Below, piece after piece: positions 9,748 through 19,834 of a stretch of DNA of 64,000 nucleotides (position 1 is its first letter; each line of letters starts with the position of its first letter). Position numbers and translations under genes: made by a program. Origin of the DNA: a virus (taxonomy: Duplodnaviria > Caudoviricetes). The notes beneath the pieces are model-generated. The model searched no databases. It was given only the letters and a program-made list of their open reading frames with translations, and was not told the DNA's origin. The stretch covers positions 10,392 through 74,391 of the IMG/VR virus record IMGVR_UViG_3300025018_000141. One strand, 5' to 3'.

Positions 9748-10687
9748 AATCTTCGACGCAAACAGAAGAATGCAACCAAAATCAGGATATGGACTCATGG
9801 CAAAACAATTAGTTGCAAATTTGCAAGCATTTGGTCATACAGTTTTGTTTCAAACTGATCCTGAAGATTATGATGTTGCTCTTTGGATACGTCCACCACA
9901 CTACGTTAAGGATGCAAAGTTTAATAACCAAAGAAAAAATGTATTTTTTACCATGCACGAAACAGAAACTTTTGAAGGTTGGAAGTCTGATTGGGCAGAA
10001 TTATTAAATAAATGTACAGCGATTATTACTCCAACAGAATGGAATAAGACAGTATTTGAAAAAAATGGTGTGACTGTACCAATTCATGTTATACCTCTTG
10101 GTGTTAATTCTAAGGATTTTTCAGGGTATAAAACCTATCCATTTTCTATTATTACATTACACGATGCATTGGGAAGTAATAGTTCACGCGAAGATTGGAA
10201 GGCAACAATTGCCGCTTATTTTGATGCATTTTACAATAATCATTATCAAGAGGTTTCTATGACGATAAAATCATATAATATTAAGAAAGAAGAGTACATG
10301 AACCATATTAATTTATTAAAGGCGGGGAAAGACAATGAAAAATTTCCAACAATTGACGTATTGGACATAGACCTCGAACCAATTGATTTAAATAGACTTT
10401 ATTCTAAACATTGGCTGTTTATAAAAAATGCCAATAGAGAAGGGTGGTCTTTGCCATTACTCGAGGCAATGAGTTGTGGGTTGGTTGTCGCGCATACTGA
10501 TTTGCCAGTTTTATCATGGACCGATGGGTATAAAAAACGTCGTGTTTTTCAACCTGGAGATATAGATGAACTAAAAAAAATTATTCTTGATGAATTTATA
10601 GTATGGAGAAAAGAAAAAAGTTTTATTAATCAGTTTTCTTGGAGGAACTGTGGAAGAAGAGTTGAGGAGGTATTACAAAATGTTTAA
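9737..10687 (+). CDS. GT4 glycosyltransferase
   Basis: IITPTEWNK, VIPLGV, EGWSLPLLEAMSCG, FSWRNCG. Confidence 0.88.
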   Translation: MIIKIFDANRRMQPKSGYGLMAKQLVANLQAFGHTVLFQTDPEDYDVALWIRPPHYVKDAKFNNQRKNVFFTMHETETFEGWKSDWAELLNKCTAIITPTEWNKTVFEKNGVTVPIHVIPLGVNSKDFSGYKTYPFSIITLHDALGSNSSREDWKATIAAYFDAFYNNHYQEVSMTIKSYNIKKEEYMNHINLLKAGKDNEKFPTIDVLDIDLEPIDLNRLYSKHWLFIKNANREGWSLPLLEAMSCGLVVAHTDLPVLSWTDGYKKRRVFQPGDIDELKKIILDEFIVWRKEKSFINQFSWRNCGRRVEEVLQNV

Positions 10688-11222
10688 ATTTCAAGGAAAA
10701 GAATACGAATATATAGACATGAAGCCCAATCAAACGCGAGTAAATGAAAGAAGAGTAGAGCTTCCTCTTGCTATGGAATTTCTAAATGAATTTCAAGGAA
10801 AAGAAATTTTGGAAGTTGGGAATGTTACTCGTCACTATAAACCAAAAACAGAAACGTGGCATGATGTTGTAGATCTTTATGAGAAGATAGAATGGCAAAA
10901 TATTATGAATGAAGATATTTTAAGTTGGAATCCAACAAAAAAATATGATGCTGTTCTTTCGATTTCAACACTTGAACATACCGACGATCCTCTTCTCGCG
11001 GTAAACAGAATCTTAAAAATGGCTCCAAATGTTCTAATTACTATTCCATTTGGGTATTCTCGTACACATGAGGTTTTTGAAGCATTTCCAGATCTTCTAT
11101 TTATGAAAAGAATAAATTTAGAAGAGAATCAATGGGTAGAAGCCACTAGAGAAGATGTTGCTGATACAGAATATAATACACCATTTCCTTTCGCAAATGC
11201 AATTATGATATTAAAAATATGA
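10680..11222 (+). CDS. SAM-dependent methyltransferase-like protein
   Basis: ILEVGN, YDAVLSISTLEH. Confidence 0.7.
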   Translation: MFKFQGKEYEYIDMKPNQTRVNERRVELPLAMEFLNEFQGKEILEVGNVTRHYKPKTETWHDVVDLYEKIEWQNIMNEDILSWNPTKKYDAVLSISTLEHTDDPLLAVNRILKMAPNVLITIPFGYSRTHEVFEAFPDLLFMKRINLEENQWVEATREDVADTEYNTPFPFANAIMILKI

Positions 11223-11722
11223 AAACAATGAAATTAGAAATAGGTTCAGGAAAAAGACCCACAGAGGGATATGTCCACCTAGACATAGAAAGTGGACCAC
11301 ATATTGAAATTGTTTGTGATGCAAAAAAAATACCAGAACCAGATAATAAATATGAAGAAGTATATTCTCATTGGGTTTTGGAACACTTTAATATGAAAGA
11401 AATGGAATCTATTTTACTTGAATGGAAAAGGATATTAAAACCAGGAGGAAAAATGAAAATAGTTACCAATAACCAAGAATCTATTAATAAATGCTTAGTT
11501 GATAAAGATATCTCATGGGAAGAATGGAACTGGCTTACGTTTGGAGATTATAAAAATAACTTAGCAAGCCTACATAAGATTGGATTTAATGATGAAGTAT
11601 TAATGTCATATTTAACAAAAATTGGAATGATAAACATTTCTATTGATGCGTCTTGGGGCTGTAGGGGAAAAGATGGGGAATTGGGTTGCCCTGCTTTAAT
11701 AGTGGAGGCTACTAAATTATGA
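11219..11722 (+). CDS. Class I SAM-dependent methyltransferase
   Basis: LEIGSG, VYSHWVLEHF, RILKPGG, HKIGF. Confidence 0.88.
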   Translation: MKTMKLEIGSGKRPTEGYVHLDIESGPHIEIVCDAKKIPEPDNKYEEVYSHWVLEHFNMKEMESILLEWKRILKPGGKMKIVTNNQESINKCLVDKDISWEEWNWLTFGDYKNNLASLHKIGFNDEVLMSYLTKIGMINISIDASWGCRGKDGELGCPALIVEATKL

Positions 11723-12540
11723 AAATCGCTTTAAATGCAAAACACTGGGGCTTAATTGATTTAATGTATGGTGTACTTAGAAATCATGATGTTCGTTTGC
11801 AAGAGCCCTTTGATGGGCACATGGTTCATCAAGGAGATGAGGATTTAATCATTTCAACTTTTGCTTACACAGACCTTCCAGATTATAAGGGAGATAAGCC
11901 ACTTATTATTTATGCAACCGATCCTGTTCCGCTTTTTATTTTAGACAAATTCAGAGAAGTTCAAAAACAGAAAAATGTCACCATAGTTATTTCTGAACGC
12001 TGTTATCCGCAAGAAGTACAACCTATTTTAAAATCTTATACTGAAATTCCTTTTGCCATAGATGCAAACAGGTATTTCCCATACACTGGTGAGATCAACA
12101 AGGTTCTAATAGCTAATAGAAAGCCTCACGATAGATGGGACGAGATTATTAAAGGAGTTACTGGGCTTGGTTGTCCATTGTCTGAATATCTTGAAGGTAT
12201 TCCATTTGACATAGCAGCGATTCAAAGCAACGCGGAATATAGAGAAACAATCGGAAAATACAAGGTCATGTTCTATTTTTCTAATTCTCCATATACAATT
12301 GTTATGTTTGAGGGTATGACTCTGGGTATACCAATGGTCGGCTTTAACCATTTTAATATTTCATCAAGTAGTCCTGTGGAGAAGTATCTTCATAATTATT
12401 CAACTGACAAAGATGAAATTAGAAGAATGTTGAAACTAGAGCTTGACAAACCTGTTAAGAAAGAGTCATATAATATCATTGGTATGGATGATGCTGTTTC
12501 TAGGTGGGATAAATTAATCAAAGAAATATGTATGAAATAA
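11719..12540 (+). CDS. Probable GT-B glycosyltransferase-like protein
   Basis: IPFAID, IVMFEGMTLGIPMV resembles the GT4 C-terminal motif. Confidence 0.55.
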   Translation: MKIALNAKHWGLIDLMYGVLRNHDVRLQEPFDGHMVHQGDEDLIISTFAYTDLPDYKGDKPLIIYATDPVPLFILDKFREVQKQKNVTIVISERCYPQEVQPILKSYTEIPFAIDANRYFPYTGEINKVLIANRKPHDRWDEIIKGVTGLGCPLSEYLEGIPFDIAAIQSNAEYRETIGKYKVMFYFSNSPYTIVMFEGMTLGIPMVGFNHFNISSSSPVEKYLHNYSTDKDEIRRMLKLELDKPVKKESYNIIGMDDAVSRWDKLIKEICMK

Positions 12541-12845
12541 ACGATTTACAATTTAAAACAAGAGAAGGTAGTACTGATATTAGTATTATAAATGAAGTAG
12601 TGAAGGGGGATTGCTATAATATAGACGTAAAACCTGGCGACATTGTTATAGACATAGGTGGGCACATAGGTTCATTTACTGTTTGGGCGGCTAGTAAAGG
12701 TGGAAATGTATATGTTTTTGAACCTGCAACTAAAAATTATGATATTTTAAGAGAATTATTAATTAAATTACTTTCTAAAACGCATACGTTGATAAGCGAC
12801 AAGCACAATGAAGTATTTGGAACTTTAATCTATGTTAAAAGCTAA
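12528..12845 (+). pseudogene. FkbM-family methyltransferase, truncated
   Basis: VIDIGGHIGSF..VYVFEP present; only 105 aa, and the central IDIEG-type motif is absent. Confidence 0.6.
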
Positions 12846-14028
12846 CGACTACGATATTGAAATTCTTGGGGATAGAAAAAAGTGTATCCCTGGTAAAGAG
12901 CCAGTATTAAACACTTCTGGTTATGTAATAAAGGTGTGTGAGCCAGATCTTGATGATGGCGCTTTAAAAAATGTTACTGAGGCTATTACAAGTAATTGGA
13001 TTTCTTCAAGAGGAAAATATCTTGATAAATTTGAAAAGACATTTGCTTATAAAGTGGGAGCAGAATATGCAGTAGCTGTAAACTCAGGAACTTCAGCACT
13101 TCATCTTGCTTTGGCAGGATTTGGATTGAAAGAGGGTGATGAGGTAATTATGCCTGCATCAACAATGATTTCTACTGCTTTTTCTGCCTCATACTTAAAT
13201 GCAACGCCAGTATTTGTTGATGCAGATGAATTTTACCAGATAGATCCTGCGCTGATTGAAGAAAAAATAACCCCGAACACAGAAGTCATTATGCCAGTTC
13301 ATATATATGGACATCCAGTTGATATGGATGCTATTGAAGAAATTGCCAAAAAACATGGTATTACAATTATTTACGATGCGGCTGAAGCCCATGGAGCCCT
13401 ATATAAAGGAAAACCCATTGGTGGAAGGGGACTTGCTTCTTGTTATTCTTTTTATGGAAATAAAATAATAACCACGGGCGAGGGTGGAATGGTGACTACA
13501 AACAATAAAGAGTTTGCTGATTTAGTTCGGAATCTAAAGGATGTTTCTTTTTCAACAGAAAGACATTTTTGGCATAAAAGACTTGGATACAATTTTAGAA
13601 TGACTAATCTAGCAGCCGCTGTTGGTGTATCTCAGATGAAAAGATTGGAAGAGCTAGTAGATAAGCACATTTCTAATGCACGAATATATATAGAAAAGCT
13701 AAAGGATGTGAAAGGCATTATATTGCCTAAAAATGCTGAATGGGCTACTAATGTATATTGGATGTTTGGTTTTCGAGTTACTGAAGAGTTTGGCATGACA
13801 AGAGACGAATTAAGAAAATATTTAGCAGACATTGGTATAGAAACGCGTACTTTTTTTGTTCCTATGCACCTTCAGCCATATTACCAAAGACTAAATGAAC
13901 ACTACCCAATAGCAGAACAACTTAGCGAGCAGGGTATGTATATACCATCAGCTACAAACATAACGATTAAAGATCAATTTAGAGTTGTAGATGGAATAAA
14001 ATCGGCATATAATTCAGTACATAAATGA
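12832..14028 (+). CDS. DegT/DnrJ/EryC1/StrS sugar aminotransferase (perosamine-synthase-like)
   Basis: VNSGTSALHLAL, VHIYGHP, DAAEAHGA, SFYGNKIITTGEGG (PLP Lys), GYNFRMTN. Confidence 0.95.
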   Translation: MLKANDYDIEILGDRKKCIPGKEPVLNTSGYVIKVCEPDLDDGALKNVTEAITSNWISSRGKYLDKFEKTFAYKVGAEYAVAVNSGTSALHLALAGFGLKEGDEVIMPASTMISTAFSASYLNATPVFVDADEFYQIDPALIEEKITPNTEVIMPVHIYGHPVDMDAIEEIAKKHGITIIYDAAEAHGALYKGKPIGGRGLASCYSFYGNKIITTGEGGMVTTNNKEFADLVRNLKDVSFSTERHFWHKRLGYNFRMTNLAAAVGVSQMKRLEELVDKHISNARIYIEKLKDVKGIILPKNAEWATNVYWMFGFRVTEEFGMTRDELRKYLADIGIETRTFFVPMHLQPYYQRLNEHYPIAEQLSEQGMYIPSATNITIKDQFRVVDGIKSAYNSVHK

Positions 14029-14477
14029 ATATAAAAGATAAGTTATTAAAGAAACGAATAATTACGAGCTTGGGCTGTTGGGAGTGGTCTGGAGCTAGGA
14101 ATAAAGCTGGATATGGTCAGGTATTCTTTGAAGGTAAACAACATGGAGTACATAGAATAAGCGCTATTATATTCTTAGGTTTTGATATAAATTCAAGTCT
14201 TATTATTTGTCATAAATGTGATAATCCTCCATGTTTTAATCCTAAGCATCTTTCAATAGGAACTCAATCTATTAATAGACTCGATTCATTTAATAAAAAT
14301 AGATCAATTCAAAAAGGAACAAAAAATGCTTTCCATAAATTGAACAACGATCAGGTTTGTGAAATCAAAAAAGACTTAAAAAATAAACTTACTTTAGTTA
14401 ATATAGCAAAAAAGTATGGGGTTCATTTTGCTACCATATCTGCTATCAAATGTGGAAAAACTTGGAGGTATATATAA
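14025..14477 (+). CDS. HNH endonuclease with C-terminal HTH
   Basis: CWEWSG, ICHKCDNPPCFNPKHL, C-terminal KTWRYI. Confidence 0.88.
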   Translation: MNIKDKLLKKRIITSLGCWEWSGARNKAGYGQVFFEGKQHGVHRISAIIFLGFDINSSLIICHKCDNPPCFNPKHLSIGTQSINRLDSFNKNRSIQKGTKNAFHKLNNDQVCEIKKDLKNKLTLVNIAKKYGVHFATISAIKCGKTWRYI

Positions 14478-14479
14478 TT

Positions 14480-15016
14480 ATGAATCCCTTTACATATGAA
14501 GCTCGTTATTATGATATTTTTCACACCAATAAGGATTATAAAGCTGAGGCTCTTAAAATAAAAAAAGAGTTTCCCGATGTTAAAACAATTCTCGAAGTAG
14601 GTTGTGGTACGGGTAATCTTTCAGTTGAGTTAGAAAAATTAGGTTTTGAAGTTCTTGGTATTGATAATTCTAAACAAATGTTAAAATACTATAAGGGAAA
14701 AACGGGAATACTTGCAGATATCAGATTTTTTAAGCCAAAAACTCAATTTGATTTACTTCTTGCACATTATGATGTTTTTAATTATCTCAGTCCAAGCGAG
14801 GTTCTTGATATAAAAAGGAGAAAAAATGAATTTTCTAAAGATATTTCTATAGAAACATGGAAAGGAAATAGTGTTACATTATTCACACACAGGAAAGCAA
14901 ACGACTGCCATAGAATTAGACTAGGTTTAAGTTTTAATAATAAGGCTTATCTTTTATATATTTTTTGGGGAAGAGGACTTGCTATTAGTAAACATGTTCT
15001 CAATCTTAATGTATGA
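14480..15016 (+). CDS. SAM-dependent methyltransferase
   Basis: ARYYDIFH..DY..E, ILEVGCGTG, GIDNSKQML. Confidence 0.85.
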   Translation: MNPFTYEARYYDIFHTNKDYKAEALKIKKEFPDVKTILEVGCGTGNLSVELEKLGFEVLGIDNSKQMLKYYKGKTGILADIRFFKPKTQFDLLLAHYDVFNYLSPSEVLDIKRRKNEFSKDISIETWKGNSVTLFTHRKANDCHRIRLGLSFNNKAYLLYIFWGRGLAISKHVLNLNV

Positions 15017-15684
15017 TAGCAGTTTACACATGTATAGTTGGAGATTATGATTCTCGACTAAATAATCAAAACTTTGAAGGAGCTGATTATTTCTTTTTTA
15101 CTGATGGTGAAGCAACTGGACGTGATCCATGGTATGAGAAAAAGGCAACTACACTCTTCTCGGATCCAAGAAGAAATGCCAGATATCACAAACTACTATC
15201 TCACGAAATGTTTCCTGAATATGATTTTACTATTTGGATTGATGGTTCTGTGGTTTTAAAAATAAGTCCAAAAGAATTAGTTGAGGAAATGGGAGATGCG
15301 GATATTTTAACTTCCTATCATCCGAATCGTAAAACAGTTTTTGATGAGGCTGAAGAATGTAAGCGATTGTTTTTAGACATTCCATCTGTTATTGATGTTC
15401 ATGTTAAGAAAATGTTAGATAATGGCTTTAGAGACGATGTAGGACTAGCTGAAACAAAGGTTGTTGTTCGTAGAAATGTTCCAAGTGTTAAAAAATTTAA
15501 TTCAACATGGTTCCATGAATTAGTGACTGGATCATTAAGAGATCAAGTTAGTTTTCCATATGTGGCATGGCTTACTGAACCAAAAATAAAATATATGCCA
15601 CCAATAACATTACAGCCAGATAAATTTGATTATATTAAATCAATTAACCACTTAAATCGAAATACATATGAAACTATATCTTAA
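15013..15684 (+). CDS. DUF616/TOD1-MUCI70-like glycosyltransferase
   Basis: VYTCIVGDYD, IWIDGS, RDQVSFPY. Confidence 0.8.
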   Translation: MIAVYTCIVGDYDSRLNNQNFEGADYFFFTDGEATGRDPWYEKKATTLFSDPRRNARYHKLLSHEMFPEYDFTIWIDGSVVLKISPKELVEEMGDADILTSYHPNRKTVFDEAEECKRLFLDIPSVIDVHVKKMLDNGFRDDVGLAETKVVVRRNVPSVKKFNSTWFHELVTGSLRDQVSFPYVAWLTEPKIKYMPPITLQPDKFDYIKSINHLNRNTYETIS

Positions 15685-16522
15685 CTGTAGCGAAGACGAT
15701 GCACAACTTTCCTTTACTAAGAAGGATTATTTGCTTCGCGCCGCTAAACGATTGGGTTTTGATTGGATATATAATTATCAGACAAAAAATATTGATGATC
15801 CAACTGAATATGTTTTAAACATAGAACCATTTAAAAAATTTGTAAAAGGATCAAAGCATACTAGTATTTGGGAAATTGATTTGATCGCAGATAGGGCGGA
15901 ACTATCAATGTCTGATTGGGTTTGTACAGATGAGGTATTTCTAGCTAATTCCTTATTTCCTGCTAAAACAATCCCTTTCAAAGAAGGGGTAAATATTTTA
16001 TTTCAAGCTTGTGATCCAGAATTACATAAAGTTGTTTCTGTTCCTGAAAAGTATGATTTTATTTTCTCAGGATCTATGGGAGGGTCAATGTATGAAGAGA
16101 GAGAACGTGTTTACAGATTAATGAGTAAATATTTTACTTTTAAAGATTTTGGCAAAGGTCATACACCTGAACAATATGTTGAATATAGTAATTATGCCAG
16201 AGTTCAATTTATAAGAAGTGGGGGAACACATGTTGCTAGTGGCTATATTGCTCAGCGCTTTTTTGAATGCTTAGCAATTGGTCCTGTTTTGACTAATTAT
16301 CATAGCGACTTAGAATTATTAGGATTAGTCGAGGGCGTTGATTATATGTCTTATAAAAACGATGATGAAATGTTTGCTAAGATGCAATTTTTAATTAATT
16401 TTCCAGATAGAGCGAAAATAATTGCTCACAATGGAAGACAAAAGGCCTTGATGCTTCATACATATGAAAATCGCTTAATGTCTATTATCAATAAAATTAA
16501 ATATGGGCAAAAAAACATCTAA
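15668..16522 (+). CDS. CgeB-like glycosyltransferase
   Basis: QACDPELH, FIFSGS, QRFFECLAIG, HTYENR. Confidence 0.75.
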   Translation: MKLYLNCSEDDAQLSFTKKDYLLRAAKRLGFDWIYNYQTKNIDDPTEYVLNIEPFKKFVKGSKHTSIWEIDLIADRAELSMSDWVCTDEVFLANSLFPAKTIPFKEGVNILFQACDPELHKVVSVPEKYDFIFSGSMGGSMYEERERVYRLMSKYFTFKDFGKGHTPEQYVEYSNYARVQFIRSGGTHVASGYIAQRFFECLAIGPVLTNYHSDLELLGLVEGVDYMSYKNDDEMFAKMQFLINFPDRAKIIAHNGRQKALMLHTYENRLMSIINKIKYGQKNI

Positions 16523-17084
16523 GACATTAATTATTCCGACACTTACAATTAATGAGGAGTTATTGTTAATGACCATTAGGTGTATAGAATCCTATCAAAA
16601 CCAAGCTGACTGTATTATTGTTATGGAAGATGGTGGATTATATAGTAAGTCTTTGCAAACCTTAGCTAATATCTATATTTACGGGAAAGAAAATGTTGGT
16701 TTTACAAAAAATGTAAATCGTGGATGGAATCTTTCCCATACTGATTTTACATTCATTGTTAATTCTGACACCTATTTAATAGATGGAAAATTAGAAGATC
16801 TTTGTCGAGAAAATCAAGTAGTATGTCCTAGTATTGTTAATTTAGATAATTATCCTGGTTTTACTGGTAGTTTTTGGGTAGTACCAAAAGATATAAAAGA
16901 AAAATATGGATTGCTTGATGAAAGGTTTAAGAATTATGAATCAGATTTAGAATATTATGAAAGAATTAAGCATCTATTCCATAAAAATTTAGATGTAAAA
17001 ATTTATCACACGAAAGGACAAACCGTGAAAGTTGCAGGATTTAATGTTCAAGAAGAACAACAAAAGGATGCACTTAAGTGGTAA
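16503..17084 (+). CDS. GT2 glycosyltransferase
   Basis: EDGG, ENVGFTKNVNRG, IVNSD, GLLDERF. Confidence 0.85.
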   Translation: MGKKTSKTLIIPTLTINEELLLMTIRCIESYQNQADCIIVMEDGGLYSKSLQTLANIYIYGKENVGFTKNVNRGWNLSHTDFTFIVNSDTYLIDGKLEDLCRENQVVCPSIVNLDNYPGFTGSFWVVPKDIKEKYGLLDERFKNYESDLEYYERIKHLFHKNLDVKIYHTKGQTVKVAGFNVQEEQQKDALKW

Positions 17085-17119
17085 GTTGGTGGTATTGAAG
17101 ATTTTTTGAATAATAACAT

Positions 17120-17713
17120 ATGAAAATATCCGCAGTAATTCCCACATATACATTGAATAAAGATCTAGAAAAGGTAGCAAGTATTACTATTTCTGAAATA
17201 AGATCAAAGGTCGATGAAATTATAATTGTCGAGGATGGAGGAATGTATAGTCCATGGCTTCAATCTAATTCGAATAAATACCTATATCATTCTGAAAATG
17301 TTGGTTTTACTAAGGGCGTGAACTTGGGGCTTCAGATTGCAGAAGGAGAATATATTGCTATTGTAAACTCTGATATTTCTCAAATAATTGGAGAGATAGA
17401 TGACTTATGTATCCCTGGAAGGGTTACTTCGCCAATTACTAAAAATCAAGATGTTCCACTTCTTGCTGGCCACTTCTTTGTTATTCCAAGAACAGTCTTA
17501 GACGAACGAGGATTCCTTGATGATAGTATGAGAATGTTTTGTTCGGATGCTGACTATGAAGAGAGAATAAAGGATATATTTGAACAAGTATCGACAGTAA
17601 AAATATTACATGGCATTAACACAACACTGAAAGCCGCCGATCTTACTAACGGAAAGCAGTTACAAAAAGATAGAGAAACTTATGAAAATATCTGTAATAA
17701 CTCCAACAATTAG
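17120..17713 (+). CDS. GT2 glycosyltransferase (paralog of upstream gene)
   Basis: EDGG, ENVGFTKGVNLG, IVNSD, GFLDD. Confidence 0.85.
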   Translation: MKISAVIPTYTLNKDLEKVASITISEIRSKVDEIIIVEDGGMYSPWLQSNSNKYLYHSENVGFTKGVNLGLQIAEGEYIAIVNSDISQIIGEIDDLCIPGRVTSPITKNQDVPLLAGHFFVIPRTVLDERGFLDDSMRMFCSDADYEERIKDIFEQVSTVKILHGINTTLKAADLTNGKQLQKDRETYENICNNSNN

Positions 17714-18431
17714 GCTTAAGGGATTAGACATAGTGAGAAAGTCCCTCAGCGCGCAAACGTTCAAGGATTTTGAATGGTTGATCTGTTCGAAGGAAGATCC
17801 AAAAATAGAAGAGGCAATATGGGTTCCCGATACATTTACAGGCGGATTTTGGAGTTTAAACAGAGCGTATAATGCTCTTTTCAAGCGGGCGAAGGGAGAA
17901 CTCATTGTTACGTGGCAGGACTGGATATTTGCAAAACCTGATGCTCTCGAGAAGTTCTGGGAACAATACGAAGCAACTAATAAATTAGCATTAATTGGAA
18001 CGTCAGGACATCAATATGAATCTATTAATAAATATGGCAAACCACAAATTAAAATTTGGTCCGATCCAAGAAGAAATGAAAAAAATGGTAGTTTTTATGA
18101 GATATATCCACAAGATTTTGAATGGAATTTTGGGGCTATTCCGCTAAAGGCAATTTTCGATGTTGGAGGATTTTGCGAAATTCTAGACGAAAAAGGATTT
18201 GGAATGGATGGCTATCAGGTTAATGAAAGATTAGACTTATTGGGATATAAATTTTTTATTGATCACTCTAACGAAAGCTATACAATAAGGCACGGAAGAG
18301 AAGATTTTGGTGGAGAAGATAATTGGAACAAAAATAATAATCTTTCAAACGGAGAATATGAAAAAGTTAGACAAGAGTCCATTAGAAAGAATGAATGGCC
18401 TCGTATGAAATATTTGAGTATTGACAAATAG
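17682..18431 (+). CDS. GT2 glycosyltransferase
   Basis: ISVITPT, QTFKDFEW, LNRAYN..AKGE, VGGFCE. Confidence 0.85.
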   Translation: MKISVITPTIRLKGLDIVRKSLSAQTFKDFEWLICSKEDPKIEEAIWVPDTFTGGFWSLNRAYNALFKRAKGELIVTWQDWIFAKPDALEKFWEQYEATNKLALIGTSGHQYESINKYGKPQIKIWSDPRRNEKNGSFYEIYPQDFEWNFGAIPLKAIFDVGGFCEILDEKGFGMDGYQVNERLDLLGYKFFIDHSNESYTIRHGREDFGGEDNWNKNNNLSNGEYEKVRQESIRKNEWPRMKYLSIDK

Positions 18432-18438
18432 TTAGTAA

Positions 18439-18948
18439 TTAAATATAGCGCCATGTTTTTTTACTAATAATACTTCTTATTGTCGATTCATCAACTTTAT
18501 ATTCTTTTGCAAGTTTGTGTCTATTATTATTAAATTTTTCTCTTATAGTTCGTACTTGCTCTACTGTTAGTTTTGCGGTTGGATTTTTCTCTCCAGCCAT
18601 CAATCCATTTTCACATGCGTGAATATTATTTTCACCATATGTACACCACTCAATATTTTCCACTCTATTGTCTGTTTTAATTCCATTTTTGTGGTTTACG
18701 CATGGTTTTTTGATTATATTTTCTATAAACGTCTTCGCCACCAATCTATGCACCAACTCTAGTTTCATTTTTTTATTTTTATACAATCCAACTTGAAGAT
18801 ACCCCCGAGTATCTGAAACTAATTTTCTCATTTTTTCTTTAACTACCCTTCCAAGAGAATCTTTTCTAGAAATTGTTTTGACATCACCATGGCTACTTAT
18901 TAAGTATAAGCCCTCATATCCCATTGTTTGTTTCCATATTTTTTTCAT
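18439..18948 (-). CDS. NUMOD4-HNH homing endonuclease
   Basis: GYEGLYLISSHG (NUMOD4), VHRLVA, VNHKNGIKTDNRVENIEW, C-terminal KTWRYI. Confidence 0.92.
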   Translation of the reverse strand: MKKIWKQTMGYEGLYLISSHGDVKTISRKDSLGRVVKEKMRKLVSDTRGYLQVGLYKNKKMKLELVHRLVAKTFIENIIKKPCVNHKNGIKTDNRVENIEWCTYGENNIHACENGLMAGEKNPTAKLTVEQVRTIREKFNNNRHKLAKEYKVDESTIRSIISKKTWRYI

Positions 18949-19012
18949 ATACTATTAATTTTATATTATATGATTGGTATTGTCAAGTGATACCACTTTT
19001 CCATTTTACTCC

Positions 19013-19110
19013 TTGACAAAGCTCCTCTTAGTAATATGTAATAGAAACATAAGTTAAAAAGACTATCACAGTCATTTGACCACCCGAACGTTTTAATGGG
19101 TGGTTTTTTT
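19013..19110 (+). promoter_or_regulatory. Sigma70-like promoter followed by a short leader and intrinsic-terminator hairpin
   Basis: TTGACA at 19013; CATTTGACC; stem ACCACCC/GGGTGGT plus T7, ending 11 nt before ATG 19122. Confidence 0.6.
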
Positions 19111-19121
19111 ATGTAAAAAAT

Positions 19122-19811
19122 ATGAGACTCACAGTGTCCTCAATTATGAAGAGAATAGCAAGCACAGTAAATCAGGAAGCTACTGCGCCTACTTCTGGTG
19201 GATCAGAGTTTAATCTATGGATTGAATATATTAATCGAGCCGTACATGAATGGTCAGAAGCTGCCGATTGGGAAGACTTAAGAAAGGTATATTTCCCAGC
19301 AATAACTGGAACGTCTCAAGCAACTGTTCCTATGGCTTTAGATTTTAATAAACTTGCTGGACCAGTAAAAATACATCAAGAAACATCAACTGAAAGTTGG
19401 GATGAATACCCAGAAGTTCTTAATGAAGAAACTGGTCTTTATGACTCAACAACAAAATTCATAAAAATGCGCGGAGATATATCTGGTGGAAAAAATATAT
19501 TATTTCATCCTGGAACTCTTGCGTCTGGTGCTTCTGTAGAGGTTCCATATTTCTCAATGCCCACCTCAGTTACTGCTCTTACTGATGTTCCAGTAGTTCC
19601 TGATTCACAATTTCTTATTGATCGAACAATCTCTTATGTTCTCGAAGCTCGATCAGACGCGAGATTTCAACAAATGGAATCAAAGGCTCGAGAAAGACTT
19701 ACAAATATGATGGAAAATGCCAATGATGAAAAATTTAACTCATATACTGGTCCAAACTATGTTCCAACTTCTGTCGAGAGAAAAATGCACTTTCGTTTTG
19801 GCAGAGACTAA
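19122..19811 (+). CDS. Putative head-tail adaptor / tail tubular protein A-like
   Basis: Size, N-terminal helical pattern (WIEYINRA..W) and position before a large tail-nozzle-like gene. Confidence 0.55.
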   Translation: MRLTVSSIMKRIASTVNQEATAPTSGGSEFNLWIEYINRAVHEWSEAADWEDLRKVYFPAITGTSQATVPMALDFNKLAGPVKIHQETSTESWDEYPEVLNEETGLYDSTTKFIKMRGDISGGKNILFHPGTLASGASVEVPYFSMPTSVTALTDVPVVPDSQFLIDRTISYVLEARSDARFQQMESKARERLTNMMENANDEKFNSYTGPNYVPTSVERKMHFRFGRD

Positions 19812-19834
19812 TAAAAATTAAATAATTAAAATCC

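Noticed and set aside
93-18431. DNA hypermodification as the role of the glycan cluster
   Set aside because: No base-hydroxylating or nucleotide-modifying enzymes (dioxygenase, thymidylate-synthase-like, kinase) were recognised in this window. Disfavoured rather than excluded.
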